A stretch of 64,000 bases of DNA. Source: Eledone cirrhosa (Eukaryota). Each line of letters begins with the position of its first letter. Positions within the stretch are counted from its first letter, which is position 1. The stretch lies in the NCBI GenBank assembly GCA_964016885.1, contig OZ024744.1:125674001-125738000 (forward strand). Direction: 5' to 3'. Positions 1-13,756 of the stretch are shown one piece after another. A program made the translations under genes and the position numbers. The notes under the pieces were generated by a model. That model did not search any database. It was not told the DNA's origin and saw nothing but the letters and a program-made list of their open reading frames with translations.

Positions 1-3000
1 GTACCAGTAATTACAGATCGATTCCGGTGAAAATTCACTGAAAACGGGCCATCCGGCCCTGTGCGTCGATCGTGGGCCGGCCGGATGTTGACGGATCGAT
101 GTGTAATTAGAAGTACATGTGCGGACACTCATTGGCTGTGCGTGGTATGCATTTCAGCAAGATATCTCCGTAACATCAAGAGTTATGGCTGTGGAGGCAC
201 ACCTAGTCAAACGTAAACAAGGTCTGGAGCGTTTACGCTTCGCGATTTTGTTTACGTTTGACTAGGTGTGCCTCCACAGCCACAACTCTTGATGTTACGG
301 AGATATCTTGCTGAAATGCATACCGCGCACAGCCAATGAGTGTCCGCACATGTACTTCTAATTACACATCGATCCGTCAACATCCGGCCGGCCCACGATC
401 GACGCACAGGGCCGGATGGCCCGTTTTCAGTGAATTTTCACCGGAATCGATCTGTAATTACTGGTACATGTGCGGAGACACATTTGCTGTGTGTGGTGTG
501 ATTTTCAAGAAAAACTGCCCATGCTAAATGAGGAAGCTGAAGTCCGCCGGCGAATGGTGTGCTTCGAAGAAAACTAATTCGAAAATGACCGTTTGCAGGC
601 GGAGTAACCTTTTCGATCGTGGGCCAGCCGCCCGTGGTGGGATCCATCTGTAATTACTGGTACATGTGCGGACATACATTTGCTGTGTGTGGTGTGATTT
701 TCAAGAAGAACTGCCCATGCTAAATGAGGAAGCTGAAGTCCGCCGGCGAATGGTGTGCTTCGAAGAAAACTAATTCGAAAATGACCGTTTGCAGGCGGGG
801 TAACCTTTTCGATCGTGGGCCAGCCGCCCGTGGTGGGATCCATCTGTAATTACTGGTACATGTGCGGACACACATTTGCTGTGTGTGGTGTGATTTTCGA
901 GAAAGACTGCCCATGCTAAATGAGGAAGCTGAAGTCCGCCGGCGAATGGTGTGCTTCGAAGAAAACTAATTCGAAAATGACTATTTGCCGGCGGAATCAC
1001 CTTTTCGGTCCTGGTCCGGCCGGATCTTGCCGGATCGATCGGAAATTTGTGGACCATGTTCGGAAGGCCATTGTGCATGTGTGGTGAAAAAAATTTGTGT
1101 CGAAATCTTCTCGGAAAATAACGGATCGCCGGCGGAGATTGCCATTTCGATCGTGGGCCGGCCGGATCTTGTCGGATCGATTCGGACATATGTGCATCGT
1201 GTTCGCAAGGCCCTTGTCTATGTGTGGTGTGATTTTCATAAAGAAATTCCGAAAAACCCAGTTTTAAATCTGATTTCGCCAAAGAATTTTGGCTATCAGA
1301 TCGGGTTGAAAGGTATGGTTTCAGGTCGATCTGAAAGTCTAAAATGGAATTCACTCGGTTAGCTAACTATTGATATTTCGGAGATATCTTTCTGAAAATC
1401 ACACCACACACTCCCAATGAGTGTCTGCACATGTACCAGTAATTACAGATGGATCCCACCACGGGCGGCCGGCCCACGATCGAAAAGGTTACTCCGAAGC
1501 ACACCATTCGCCGGCGGAATTCATTTAGCATGGGCAGTTTTTCTCGAAAATCACACCACACACAGCCAATGAGTGTCCGCACATGTACCAGTAATTACAG
1601 ATGGATCCCACCACGGGCGGCTGGCCCACGATCGAAAAGGTTACTCCGCCTGCAAACGGTCATTTTCGAATTCGTTTTCTTCGAAGCACACGATTCGCCG
1701 GCGGACTTCAGCTCCCTCATTTAGCATGGGCAGTTTTTCTCGAAAATCACACCACACACAGCAAATGTGTGTCCGCACATGTACCAGTAATTACAGATCG
1801 ATTCCGGTGAAAATTCACTGAAAACGGGCCATTCGGCCCTGTGCGTCGATCGTGGGCCGGCCGGATGTTGACGGATCGATGTGTAATTAGAAGTACATGT
1901 GCGGACACTCATTGGCTGTGCGTGGTATGCATTTCACCAAGATATCTCCGTAACATCAAGAGTTATGGCTGTGGAGGCACACCTAGTCAAACGTAAACAA
2001 GCTCTGGAGCGTATACGCTTCGCGATTTTGTTTACGTTTGACTAGGTGTGCCTCCACAGCCACAACTCTTGATGTTACGGAGATATCTTGCTGAAATGCA
2101 TACCACGCACAGCCAATGAGTGTCCGCACATGTACTTCTAATTACACATCGATCCGTCAACATCCGGCCGGCCCACGATCGACGCACAGGGCCGGATGGC
2201 CCGTTTGCAGTGAATTTTCACCGGAATCGATCTGTAATTACTGGTACATGTGCGGACACACATTTGCTGTGTGTGGTGTGATTTTCACGAAAAACTGCCC
2301 ATGCTAAATGAGGAAGCTGAAGTCCGCCGGCGAATGGTGTGCTTCGAAGAAAACTAATTCGAAAATGACCGTTTGCAGGCGGAGTAACCTTTTCGATCGT
2401 GGGCCAGCCGCCCGTGGTGGGATACATCTGTAATTACTGGTACATGTGCGGACACACATTTGCTGTGTGTGGTGTGATTTTCGAGAAAGACTGCCCATGC
2501 TAAATGAGGAAGCTGAAGTCCGCCGGCGAATGGTGTGCTTCGAAGAAAACTAATTCGAAAATGACTATTTGCCGGCGGAATCACCTTTTCGGTCCTGGTC
2601 CGGCCGGATCTTGCCGGATCGATCGGAAATTTGTGGACCATGTTCGGAAGGCCATTGTGCATGTGTGGTGAAAAAAATTTGTGTCGAAATCTTCTCGGAA
2701 AATAACGGATCGCCGGCGGAGATTGCCATTTCGATCGTGGGCCGGCCGGATCTTGTCGGATCGATTCGGACATATGTGCATCGTGTTCGCAAGGCCCTTG
2801 TCTATGTGTGGTGTGATTTTCATAAAGAAATTCCGAAAAACCCAGTTTTAAATCTGATTTCGCCAAAGAATTTTGGCTATCAGATCGGGTTGAAAGGTAT
2901 GGTTTCAGGTCGATCTGAAAGTCTAAAATGGGATTCACTCGGTTAGCTAACTTTTGATATATCGGAGATATCTTTCTGAAAATCACACCACACACTCCCA

Positions 3001-4522
3001 ATGAGTGTCTGCACATGTACCAGTAATTACAGATGGATCCCACCACGGGCGGCCGGCCCACGATCGAAAAGGTTACTCCGAAGCACACCATTCGCCGGCG
3101 GAATTCATTTAGCATGGGCAGTTTTTCTCGAAAATCACACCACACACAGCCAATGAGTGTCCGCACATGTACCAGTAATTACAGATGGATCCCACCACGG
3201 GCGGCTGGCCCACGATCGAAAAGGTTACTCCGCCTGCAAACGGTCATTTTCGAATTCGTTTTCTTCGAAGCACACGATTCGCCGGCGGACTTCAGCTGCC
3301 TCATTTAGCATGGGCAGTTTTTCTCGAAACTCACACCACACACAGCAAATGTGTGTCCGCACATGTACCAGTAATTACAGATCGATTCCGGTGAAAATTC
3401 ACTGAAAACGGGCCATTCGGCCCTGTGCGTCGATCGTGGGCCGGCCGGATGTTGACGGATCGATGTGTAATTAGAAGTACATGTGCGGACACTCATTGGC
3501 TGTGCGTGGTATGCATTTCAGCAAGATATCTCCGTAACATCAAGAGTTATGGCTGTGGAGGCACACCTAGTCAAACGTAAACAAGCTCTGGAGCGTATAC
3601 GCTTCGCGATTTTGTTTACGTTTGACTAGGTGTGCCTCCACAGCCACAACTCTTGATGTTACGGAGATATCTTGCTGAAATGCATACCACGCACAGCCAA
3701 TGAGTGTCCGCACATGTACTTCTAATTACACATCGATCCGTCAACATCCGGCCGGCCCACGATCGACGCACAGGGCCGGATGGCCCGTTTGCAGTGAATT
3801 TTCACCGGAATCGATCTGTAATTACTGGTACATGTGCGGACACACATTTGCTGTGTGTGGTGTGATTTTCACGAAAAACTGCCCATGCTAAATGAGGAAG
3901 CTGAAGTCCGCCGGCGAATGGTGTGCTTCGAAGAAAACTAATTCGAAAATGACCGTTTGCAGGCGGAGTAACCTTTTCGATCGTGGGCCAGCCGCCCGTG
4001 GTGGGATACATCTGTAATTACTGGTACATGTGCGGACACACATTTGCTGTGTGTGGTGTGATTTTCGAGAAAGACTGCCCATGCTAAATGAGGAAGCTGA
4101 AGTCCGCCGGCGAATGGTGTGCTTCGAAGAAAACTAATTCGAAAATGACTATTTGCCGGCGGAATCACCTTTTCGGTCCTGGTCCGGCCGGATCTTGCCG
4201 GATCGATCGGAAATTTGTGGACCATGTTCGGAAGGCCATTGTGCATGTGTGGTGAAAAAAATTTGTGTCGAAATCTTCTCGGAAAATAACGGATCGCCGG
4301 CGGAGATTGCCATTTCGATCGTGGGCCGGCCGGATCTTGTCGGATCGATTCGGACATATGTGCATCGTGTTCGCAAGGCCCTTGTCTATGTGTGGTGTGA
4401 TTTTCATAAAGAAATTCCGAAAAACCCAGTTTTAAATCTGATTTCGCCAAAGAATTTTGGCTATCAGATCGGGTTGAAAGGTATGGTTTCAGGTCGATCT
4501 GAAAGTCTAAAATGGAATTCAC
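1..4522. repeat. Palindromic higher-order satellite array 1 (1584-bp period built from ~196-bp subunits in both orientations)
   Basis: Hairpin-centre motif acctagtcaaacgtaaacaa at 201, 1981, 3565 (spacing 1780=1584+196, then 1584); near-identical ORF translations recur on both strands; array stops abruptly at ~4522. Confidence 0.95.
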
Positions 4523-5189
4523 ACATTTTTAGTTATACTTTGAAGCACATTTTTTTTGTTACTATTATATTAAAAGTTATCTGGTTACGTTATTTGACTG
4601 GTATTTCTAGCATTTTACAAGGACCACGTGTGTGTTTTATTTAAGGAAGATCTAGTTGTTATTTCTGATATTTTCTTCATCAAGTTAGTTGCTATTTCCT
4701 GCATCCTCTTGAAGACAAGAAATAATAATGAATTAGCTGCTGTTTCTAGTAGGTTCTATGGTAGTGATGAGCGTGGGAGGGAGGTTTGACTGCTATTTTT
4801 AGCAGGTTCTAAGGCATTGAGGTTTATGTTTTACGAGAGATTTGGCTGTTATTTCTAACATGTTATAATGGAGAGAGAGAGAGAGAGAGTATAAGATATA
4901 CAGAGAGAGGGAGTATAAGATATAGAGAGAGGGGAAACGGCCGATGTTTACGTTGAGAAAACCTAATAAAATGTTATAAATGGGTTTATAAAGAATAGAA
5001 TGAGATAAACAAGACAAAGTTAGATAAAATAAATCAGCTGTAAGGATATTATACGATATATTTATAATATTTTAATATATTTTTCCTGGTCGTCTGCTGC
5101 CATTGATAGAGAGAGGAGTGGTGGGAGGTAGCCATAACAACCGTGGTAGCAGCACTGAGGTTTGTTTTTAAAGAAGTGAATACAAGAAA

Positions 5190-5826
5190 AACAAGCAACT
5201 AAGAATATTAATCTCTTAAACCCTTCAAGATGTGTATGACAAGAAAGAAGACGTTTTAGAGTCGTATGACATAGATGATAACTGGAAATTCTTACGTGAC
5301 AACTTACTGCAGGCTACTGAAGAAACTTGTGGCTGGAGCAGAGCTCCGACCAGACAGAGAGTGACCTGGTGGTGGGACAACACGGTAGATAAGGCCATTA
5401 GAGACAAAAGACTAGCATGGAACACTTGAAAAAATGGTGGGAGTAGAGACCGATACACAGCTGCTAAGAGAGAAGCTAGACGTCAGATGTACTTAGCACG
5501 CACGGAGGCTGAGAGTAGGAGGTTTGCCAATGTTCTGTGATGGGAAGATCAGAGGCGTGCGGTGTTCCACATTGCAAGGCATGGTGTCAGTGTAAATCAG
5601 GATGTTGTTGGAGATAAGTGTATCCGGAATGATGCCAGTGTACTTGGTGTCACGAATGATCAAAAAAAGGAGGCCTGGAAATATCATTATGAGAGGCTGA
5701 TGAATTGTGGAGAATGAATGGGAGAGAGGGAAACTATCCCCAGTAGACTCAACAGAGGGACCAGCTATTGAGATTGGGGAATATAGGGTACAAGAGGCAA
5801 TTAAGGAAATGAAGAATGGCAAGGCT
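5190..5826 (+). mobile_element. Decayed RTE-clade LINE fragment (APE-RT linker)
   Basis: WKFLRDNLLQATEETCGWS..TWWWDNTVDKAIRDKRLAW and ENEWE..VQEAIKEMKNGKA, with stops and frameshifts. Confidence 0.8.
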
Positions 5827-5834
5827 ACATTTAA

Positions 5835-6055
5835 CCCTTTAGCATTTAAACCAGCCATACCTAGCCAGAATACTCTCACATCTTTCTGTTCAAACCAGCC
5901 ATAACTGGCCACTCATACTGACGTTAAGGTATTGTTCTCAATATAAATAATATCAAAATCTCATAGATTCGATATTATATGAGATAATTATGTAAGATAA
6001 AGCCTTTACCACAAAAATACAATAGTATATATAGAGTAATAAAAATGCTAAAGGG
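5835..6055. mobile_element. piggyBac-like MITE
   Basis: TTAA|CCCTTTAGCATTT ... AAATGCTAAAGGG|TAA: 13-bp TIRs with CCC/GGG ends and a TTAA on the left side. Confidence 0.75.
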
Positions 6056-6499
6056 TAAAAGTAGCTTATTATTTTGTGAGCTCTTGCTACTTATTGCTCT
6101 TGTGCATCAAGAACATACACAGCTTACATTTTGTTGCTAATCTCACTGAGATCCAACTACATCTCTTGTTTATCCATAGTTTGGAATTTCTACCTACTCC
6201 TTTCCTTTAGAATGATCAAGGCCATTTTCTTGTGGGGATCTAGGCCCTGTTTTCCTTTCTATTTTGCCAAGTTATCTTACATCACTTTCATTCTAGACCA
6301 TGCTTCCAGGTTTGGAATTTCTCCTCTAATTTTACCACAGATTAAGTGACAAGGGTTCAATCATGTGCATACAGGAGTTCCCATGGACAGCCAGTAATAT
6401 GTAATAGCCTGCAGGATGATAATAAACAGAAGAGGGTTAATTACAGAGCCCTGATAGAGGGTTAATAACAGAGCCCTGATAGACTTGTTCACTCAACTC

Positions 6500-7970
6500 C
6501 TCACTATAGCCATCATTACTTTTAACCTTACTGACTGCTCCTCCATACATGGCTTTTACTGCTCTCACAAGCCACTCATATACCCCTAGTTTTCTAAGTT
6601 ATACACCAGATTAGGGAAGGGGGAAGTCTCACAGAAGCTCTCTCTGGGTCAACAAATGCCAAGTAGAGGGGCTTATTTTAGCTAGGTACTACTCTTGCAG
6701 TTGCCACACAAGGAAGAGGACATCAGTGGTACTTTTACCTGGCACAAATCCAAACTTCATCTCATCTAGGTTAACTTGGTCCCTAATCAGCTGTGTTATA
6801 AATCTAACACCTTCATGAAGTGGTCCATCTAATATCTCTATAGTTTTCTAGCTCTAGTACATCTCCTTTGCCCTTGTAGCAGTTGATGATGATGATACTA
6901 CACCATTTATTTGGTATGACACCATTTTGTATTACATGCTGTACGATACCAGTGGTTAAGATGTGACCCACCATCCCAGATACTTTCAGTATCTCAGCAA
7001 CTATCACCAATGGACAAGATACTTTCTCTGTCTTCATATCCTTAATTACCTTACTTCATATCCTTAATTACCTTACTGCTTACTTGTATGGCTGGACCCT
7101 CTGTTGGGCCCACTTTCCGTAGACTATCTTCCTCCCATGCATTCTCCTCATTCAGTAATCTTTCATAAAGGCATTTCCATGTTACAAAGGTTGGCTGAAA
7201 AGTTCATAGACTATCAATGATAGCATGATGCTAGAGCTGTGAAATCTTGCCTGCATTAATTTCAACTCTTCTTATTAATAACTGCATTGTTTCCTTCCAG
7301 GGACTATGTTGAAAAATAAACCTCATTTGGTCATTCCATGAGTGTATCTTGGTCTGCCTATGAACTTTTCAGCTGACCCTATTCAGCATCAGTGAGCCCA
7401 AATGCCCCATTATCATCCTGGACACACTTTACCCCAACATCACAATTTGCCCTCACACACTGCCTCACAATCCTGAACATCTCATGTATTTCATCCTCAC
7501 ATCATAAAACCAACTGAAATTATATATTCTCTGCTTCCCTCCTTGCAAAGAATACTTCTTGCCTAGCTTCCTGTAGTGTACCCTCCAGCTGCCTCCATTC
7601 TGCCATTATTCCATGCCTGTCTCTTGGCCTTAACTGTCTCATCTACCCTAGTGTTTCACCACCAAGATACTCTCCTCTCTGAAGCCCTGCTCCAGCCACA
7701 GATCTAGTTTGACACCTTCAGCAAAGGTTCTTTAAGGAACTCCCACTGTTCCCCTATATTGTATGTTTCTATTTGTTCTTCCTTACTGTTGTAAAGATCA
7801 AACAAAATATCTCTAAATTTGGAACTGGCTGAGGGGTCCTTTAACTTCCATATCCTTCTCCTCCAAGTTGCCCTCAGTCTTCAAGTTCATCTAAGTCTAT
7901 GAAATCACTAACTACTGGGTTATGTTGGGAGGTGCATTCTTCCCCAGGGGGTGGGGATTGTGTGTTTACA
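6500..7970 (-). mobile_element. Decayed RTE-clade LINE fragment, interrupted by a mariner-like MITE
   Basis: Minus-strand MKTEK..IVAEILK..IPNKWCSIIIINCYKGKGDVLELENYRDI (RT domain 1 region) plus degenerate linker; many stops. Confidence 0.8.
7183..7382. mobile_element. Tc1/mariner-like MITE
   Basis: Imperfect TIRs tacaaaggttggctgaaaagttcatag ... ctatgaacttttcagctgaccct, ~200 bp, nested in the RTE fragment. Confidence 0.65.
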
Positions 7971-8093
7971 AATGTCAATATCTCATCTTCTGGTGAGGAT
8001 AAAAATCTGACTGGCATGCTCCTCTGACCAATAGGTGTTGAAGTGGTTGTCGGGTAAACGTTAAGACCCTCTGATATACATATATATATATAT

Positions 8094-8160
8094 ACTAGCA
8101 GTGGTACCCGGCGTTGCACGGGATAACGTATTTCGGAACGCGGGCCGCCATCTTCCACTT
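8094..8160 (+). mobile_element. Helitron/Helentron-like non-autonomous element terminus
   Basis: (TA)n-ACTAGCAGTGGTACCCGGCGTTGCACGGG resembles HINE/Lep1-type termini; also at 11744, 44620 and inverted at ~41527. Extent of the element unknown. Confidence 0.55.
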
Positions 8161-8399
8161 CAGCCGGTCGCCCTAAAGTGTTGGCGGTTCAGTCTACTTG
8201 AGGCCAGTTGGTGAGGGGGGTAAAGCTTTCAGTGTGCTACTACCCTCACGGTCAAATAGAAAGGGAGAGGAAGAAAAGTCAGCGTTAATATCGTGCTACA
8301 CGTTTGAAAGGTTGGATGACCTTAGAGTTCACCAGGGTGGGGGGTTCTAAAAGTATCTATCTTGGTATTTTATCTTAGAAGTAATCATTACAGAGTGTA

Positions 8400-9183
8400 C
8401 TGGGTGTATTTTAGTGGGCAGTAATTCCATAAAGAACACAGTATAATCTGTGGACACAAGCCTTGCAGTGTGATTACAGGCAGGTTAATGGGAAAGATAG
8501 ATTATATATGTGACATGATGTACATGAGAAGTGAGGACACAGACCACACATGAAATAGATTCCTACAACTGTCAGGGAGGCTCCCTAGAATTACAGATGA
8601 CATATTTCAATATCTCGGTGATCAAGTTAGCAGTGGAGGAAGAATCTCTAAAAGTGTAATACCCAGGATAAGGACAGGCTGGAAGAAGTTTAGAGTACTG
8701 TTCCATCTGTTGACAACAAAGGGCTTCTCTCTCAGAATGGAGGCTAGACTGCTTGATACTTATGTGTGGTCTGCAATCTACACCCCAGCCATGCCCCTTC
8801 CACTACCACTCCTTAGCTATTTCTCTCCATTAATACTCCTCACATTTCAAGCAGTTTTCTCATCTCAATGAAAGAAAAATATTGGGCTCAAGAGAAGTCT
8901 TCAGTTATGCCATGGTGTGGCAACCTCCCTAGGGTTGGGCAGAGTGTAAATGAGAGTGAAATTAGGTATGAGAGGGATCAGATGCAGTATACAAGAGAGT
9001 AGATTACATTGGTATGGTCATGTGATGGGTATAAAGGATGACAGCTGTATAAAAATGTGCTGGGCAATCAAAGTTGATGGAAGTTATGAAGGCGGAAGAC
9101 CTAGGATGACCTGGGATGAGGTGATAAAAGATGACTTTGCACAATTGCAACTCTCAAAAACAATGACACAGGATAGAGATCTT
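8400..9183 (+). mobile_element. Decayed RTE-clade LINE 3' fragment
   Basis: FQYLGDQVS..GWKKFR and SRLHWYGHVM..GGRPRMTWDEVIKDD, typical of the RTE C-terminal region. Confidence 0.8.
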
Positions 9184-9498
9184 ATTTATGTTTATTTACG
9201 TTTAGCGTAATCGATTTGTTTTCGATTTGTTTCCATATCACCACGCGTTTTATTTCATAGTCATAGTTATCAAGTTAGAAAACAAATGAAGTTCAGGGGG
9301 CCGACACTACCGACTTTCTTAAAGAAAAACAATTTAACGCGGGTAACTACAAGATAGGCATCAGTAGTAGTAGCTCCCTAAACTGTTTCCATCCCATTCT
9401 CACTCAGGCTACTGTACCTTCAGAACACCCACCTCCACTGTTAATTTGGTTAATTAAGTTAACAGAAATTATGAACCGGTTTCTACAGAGCCTTCTGG

Positions 9499-12400
9499 AC
9501 ATTTAACCCTTTAGCATTTAAACCAGCCATACCTAGCCAGAATACTCTCACATCTTTCTGTTCAAACCAGCCATAACTGGCCACTCATACTGACGTTAAG
9601 GTATTGTTCTCAATATAAATAATATCAAAATCTCATAGATTCGATATTATATGAGATAATTATGTAAGATAAAGCCTTTACCACAAAAATACAATAGTAT
9701 ATATAGAGTAATAAAAATGCTAAAGGGTAAAAGTAGCTTATTATTTTGTGAGCTCTTGCTACTTATTGCTCTTGTGCATCAAGAACATACACAGCTTACA
9801 TTTTGTTGCTAATCTCACTGAGATCCAACTACATCTCTTGTTTATCCATAGTTTGGAATTTCTACCTACTCCTTTCCTTTAGAATGATCAAGGCCATTTT
9901 CTTGTGGGGATCTAGGCCCTGTTTTCCTTTCTATTTTGCCAAGTTATCTTACATCACTTTCATTCTAGACCATGCTTCCAGGTTTGGAATTTCTCCTCTA
10001 ATTTTACCACAGATTAAGTGACAAGGGTTCAATCATGTGCATACAGGAGTTCCCATGGACAGCCAGTAATATGTAATAGCCTGCAGGATGATAATAAACA
10101 GAAGAGGGTTAATTACAGAGCCCTGATAGAGGGTTAATAACAGAGCCCTGATAGACTTGTTCACTCAACTCCTCACTATAGCCATCATTACTTTTAACCT
10201 TACTGACTGCTCCTCCATACATGGCTTTTACTGCTCTCACAAGCCACTCATATACCCCTAGTTTTCTAAGTTATACACCAGATTAGGGAAGGGGGAAGTC
10301 TCACAGAAGCTCTCTCTGGGTCAACAAATGCCAAGTAGAGGGGCTTATTTTAGCTAGGTACTACTCTTGCAGTTGCCACACAAGGAAGAGGACATCAGTG
10401 GTACTTTTACCTGGCACAAATCCAAACTTCATCTCATCTAGGTTAACTTGGTCCCTAATCAGCTGTGTTATAAATCTAACACCTTCATGAAGTGGTCCAT
10501 CTAATATCTCTATAGTTTTCTAGCTCTAGTACATCTCCTTTGCCCTTGTAGCAGTTGATGATGATGATACTACACCATTTATTTGGTATGACACCATTTT
10601 GTATTACATGCTGTACGATACCAGTGGTTAAGATGTGACCCACCATCCCAGATACTTTCAGTATCTCAGCAACTATCACCAATGGACAAGATACTTTCTC
10701 TGTCTTCATATCCTTAATTACCTTACTGCTTACTTGTATGGCTGGACCCTCTGTTGGGCCCACTTTCCGTAGACTATCTTCCTCCCATGCATTCTCCTCA
10801 TTCAGTAATCTTTCATAAAGGCATTTCCATGTTACAAAGGTTGGCTGAAAAGTTCATAGACTATCAATGATAGCATGATGCTAGAGCTGTGAAATCTTGC
10901 CTGCATTAATTTCAACTCTTCTTATTAATAACTGCATTGTTTCCTTCCAGGGACTATGTTGAAAAATAAACCTCATTTGGTCATTCCATGAGTGTATCTT
11001 GGTCTGCCTATGAACTTTTCAGCTGACCCTATTCAGCATCAGTGAGCCCAAATGCCCCATTATCATCCTGGACACACTTTACCCCAACATCACAATTTGC
11101 CCTCACACACTGCCTCACAATCCTGAACATCTCATGTATTTCATCCTCACATCATAAAACCAACTGAAATTATATATTCTCTGCTTCCCTCCTTGCAAAG
11201 AATACTTCTTGCCTAGCTTCCTGTAGTGTACCCTCCAGCTGCCTCCATTCTGCCATTATTCCATGCCTGTCTCTTGGCCTTAACTGTCTCATCTACCCTA
11301 GTGTTTCACCACCAAGATACTCTCCTCTCTGAAGCCCTGCTCCAGCCACAGATCTAGTTTGACACCTTCAGCAAAGGTTCTTTAAGGAACTCCCACTGTT
11401 CCCCTATATTGTATGTTTCTATTTGTTCTTCCTTACTGTTGTAAAGATCAAACAAAATATCTCTAAATTTGGAACTGGCTGAGGGGTCCTTTAACTTCCA
11501 TATCCTTCTCCTCCAAGTTGCCCTCAGTCTTCAAGTTCATCTAAGTCTATGAAATCACTAACTACTGGGTTATGTTGGGAGGTGCATTCTTCCCCAGGGG
11601 GTGGGGATTGTGTGTTTACAAATGTCAATATCTCATCTTCTGGTGAGGATAAAAATCTGACTGGCATGCTCCTCTGACCAATAGGTGTTGAAGTGGTTGT
11701 CGGGTAAACGTTAAGACCCTCTGATATACATATATATATATATACTAGCAGTGGTACCCGGCGTTGCACGGGATAACGTATTTCGGAACGCGGGCCGCCA
11801 TCTTCCACTTCAGCCGGTCGCCCTAAAGTGTTGGCTATTCAGTCTACTTGAGGCCAGTTGGTGAGGGGGGGTAAAGCTTTCAGTGTGCTACTACCCTCAC
11901 GGTCAAATAGAAAGGGAGAGGAAGAAAAGTCAGCGTTAATATCGTGCTACACGTTTGAAAGGTTGGATGACCTTAGAGTTCACCAGGGTGGGGGGTTCTA
12001 AAAGTATCTATCTTGGTATTTTATCTTAGAAGTAATCATTACAGAGTGTACTGGGTGTATTTTAGTGGGCAGTAATTCCATAAAGAACACAGTATAATCT
12101 GTGGACACAAGCCTTGCAGTGTGATTACAGGCAGGTTAATGGGAAAGATAGATTATATATGTGACATGATGTACATGAGAAGTGAGGACACAGACCACAC
12201 ATGAAATAGATTCCTACAACTGTCAGGGAGGCTCCCTAGAATTACAGATGACATATTTCAATATCTCGGTGATCAAGTTAGCAGTGGAGGAAGAATCTCT
12301 AAAAGTGTAATACCCAGGATAAGGACAGGCTGGAAGAAGTTTAGAGTACTGTTCCATCTGTTGACAACAAAGGGCTTCTCTCTCAGAATGGAGGCTAGAC

Positions 12401-12834
12401 TGCTTGATACTTATGTGTGGTCTGCAATCTACACCCCAGCCATGCCCCTTCCACTACCACTCCTTAGCTATTTCTCTCCATTAATACTCCTCACATTTCA
12501 AGCAGTTTTCTCATCTCAATGAAAGAAAAATATTGGGCTCAAGAGAAGTCTTCAGTTATGCCATGGTGTGGCAACCTCCCTAGGGTTGGGCAGAGTGTAA
12601 ATGAGAGTGAAATTAGGTATGAGAGGGATCATATGCAGTATACAAGAGAGTAGATTACATTGGTATGGTCATGTGATGGGTATAAAGGATGACAGCTGTA
12701 TAAAAATGTGCTGGGCAATCAAAGTTGATGGAAGTTATGAAGGCGGAAGACCCAGGATGACCTGGGATGAGGTGATAAAAGATGACTTTGCACAATTGCA
12801 ACTCTCAAAGACAATGACACAGGATAGAGATCTT
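9499..12834 (+). repeat. ~3.35-kb segmental duplication, copy 2 (same MITEs at 9507-9727 and 10833-11032, RTE fragments, Helitron-like end at 11744)
   Basis: Near-identical to 5827-9183 but lacks the 22-bp duplication at ~7032-7075. Confidence 0.95.
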
Positions 12835-12968
12835 GAGATGTATGCAGCAATACAGAAGGCCTGCTTTCCAATGTGCACGGACTCAAACATACATCTAGTA
12901 GGCCCCTCCTAACCACTATACTCCTTTCCAAACTCCCACACTCCCACTTCTGTACACACCACCTTTAG

Positions 12969-13676
12969 ACTGTAAAGTGGTAGTGTACAAGTCACAACAA
13001 AAGCACCCAGTCCACTCTGTAAAGTTGATGTGTTGGTGTCATAACAAAAGGCACTCAGTCCACTCTGTAAAGAGGTTGTGTAAGTGTCACAACAAAGACA
13101 TCTAGTCCACACTGTAAAGTGGTCATGTAGGTGTCACAACAAAAAGTACCAGTCATTATTGTAAAGTGGTTGTATAGGTGTCATAACAAAAAGCACCCAG
13201 TCGACACTGTAAAGTGGTTGTGTAGGTGTCAGAACCAAAAGCACCCAGTCCACACTGTAAAGTGGTTGTGTAGGTGTCATGACAAAAAGCACCTAGTCCA
13301 CACTGTAAAGTGGTCATGCAGGTGTCATGACAAAAAGCACCCAGTCCTCACTGTAAAGTGGTCATGTAGGTGTCATGTCAAAAAGCACCCAGTCCACCCT
13401 GTAAAGTGGTTGTGTAGGTGTCATGATAAAAAGCACCCAGTCCACACAGTAAAGTGGTCATGTAGGTGTCACTAAAAAAGCACCCAGTCTACTCTGTAAA
13501 GTGGTCATGTAGGTGTCATGACAAATAGCACCCAGTCCACCCTGTAAAGTGTTCATGTAGGTGTCATGATGGAGAGTAACCAGTCCACAATGTAAAGTAG
13601 CCATGTAGCTGTCACAACAAAGCACCCAGTCCACACTGTAAAGTGGTCATGTAGGTGTCATTTCAAAAAGCACCCA
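12969..13676 (+). repeat. ~48-bp minisatellite (~15 copies)
   Basis: Consensus ctgtaaagtggttgtgtaggtgtcatgacaaaaagcacccagtccaca. Confidence 0.9.
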
Positions 13677-13756
13677 GGTCCATGGCTTGGCCTGCTAACC
13701 GACGCTATACCCAAGTCGGTCGCCATGCTTTCCAGCATAGAGTTACGTCTCTTTAT

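Larger units (their letters stand above)
5827..9183 (+). repeat. ~3.35-kb segmental duplication, copy 1 (others at 9499-12834 and ~42353-45713)
   Basis: Near-identical sequence; the same 72-aa ORF at 6131, 9803 and 42657. Confidence 0.95.

Noticed and set aside
336-4644. Many 63-270 aa ORFs in the palindromic satellite
   Set aside because: They recur on both strands as a result of the repeat, with no recognisable domains.
13131-13475. Cys/His-rich repeat ORF resembling a zinc-finger protein
   Set aside because: Translation of the 48-bp minisatellite; flanking units contain stops and frameshifts.
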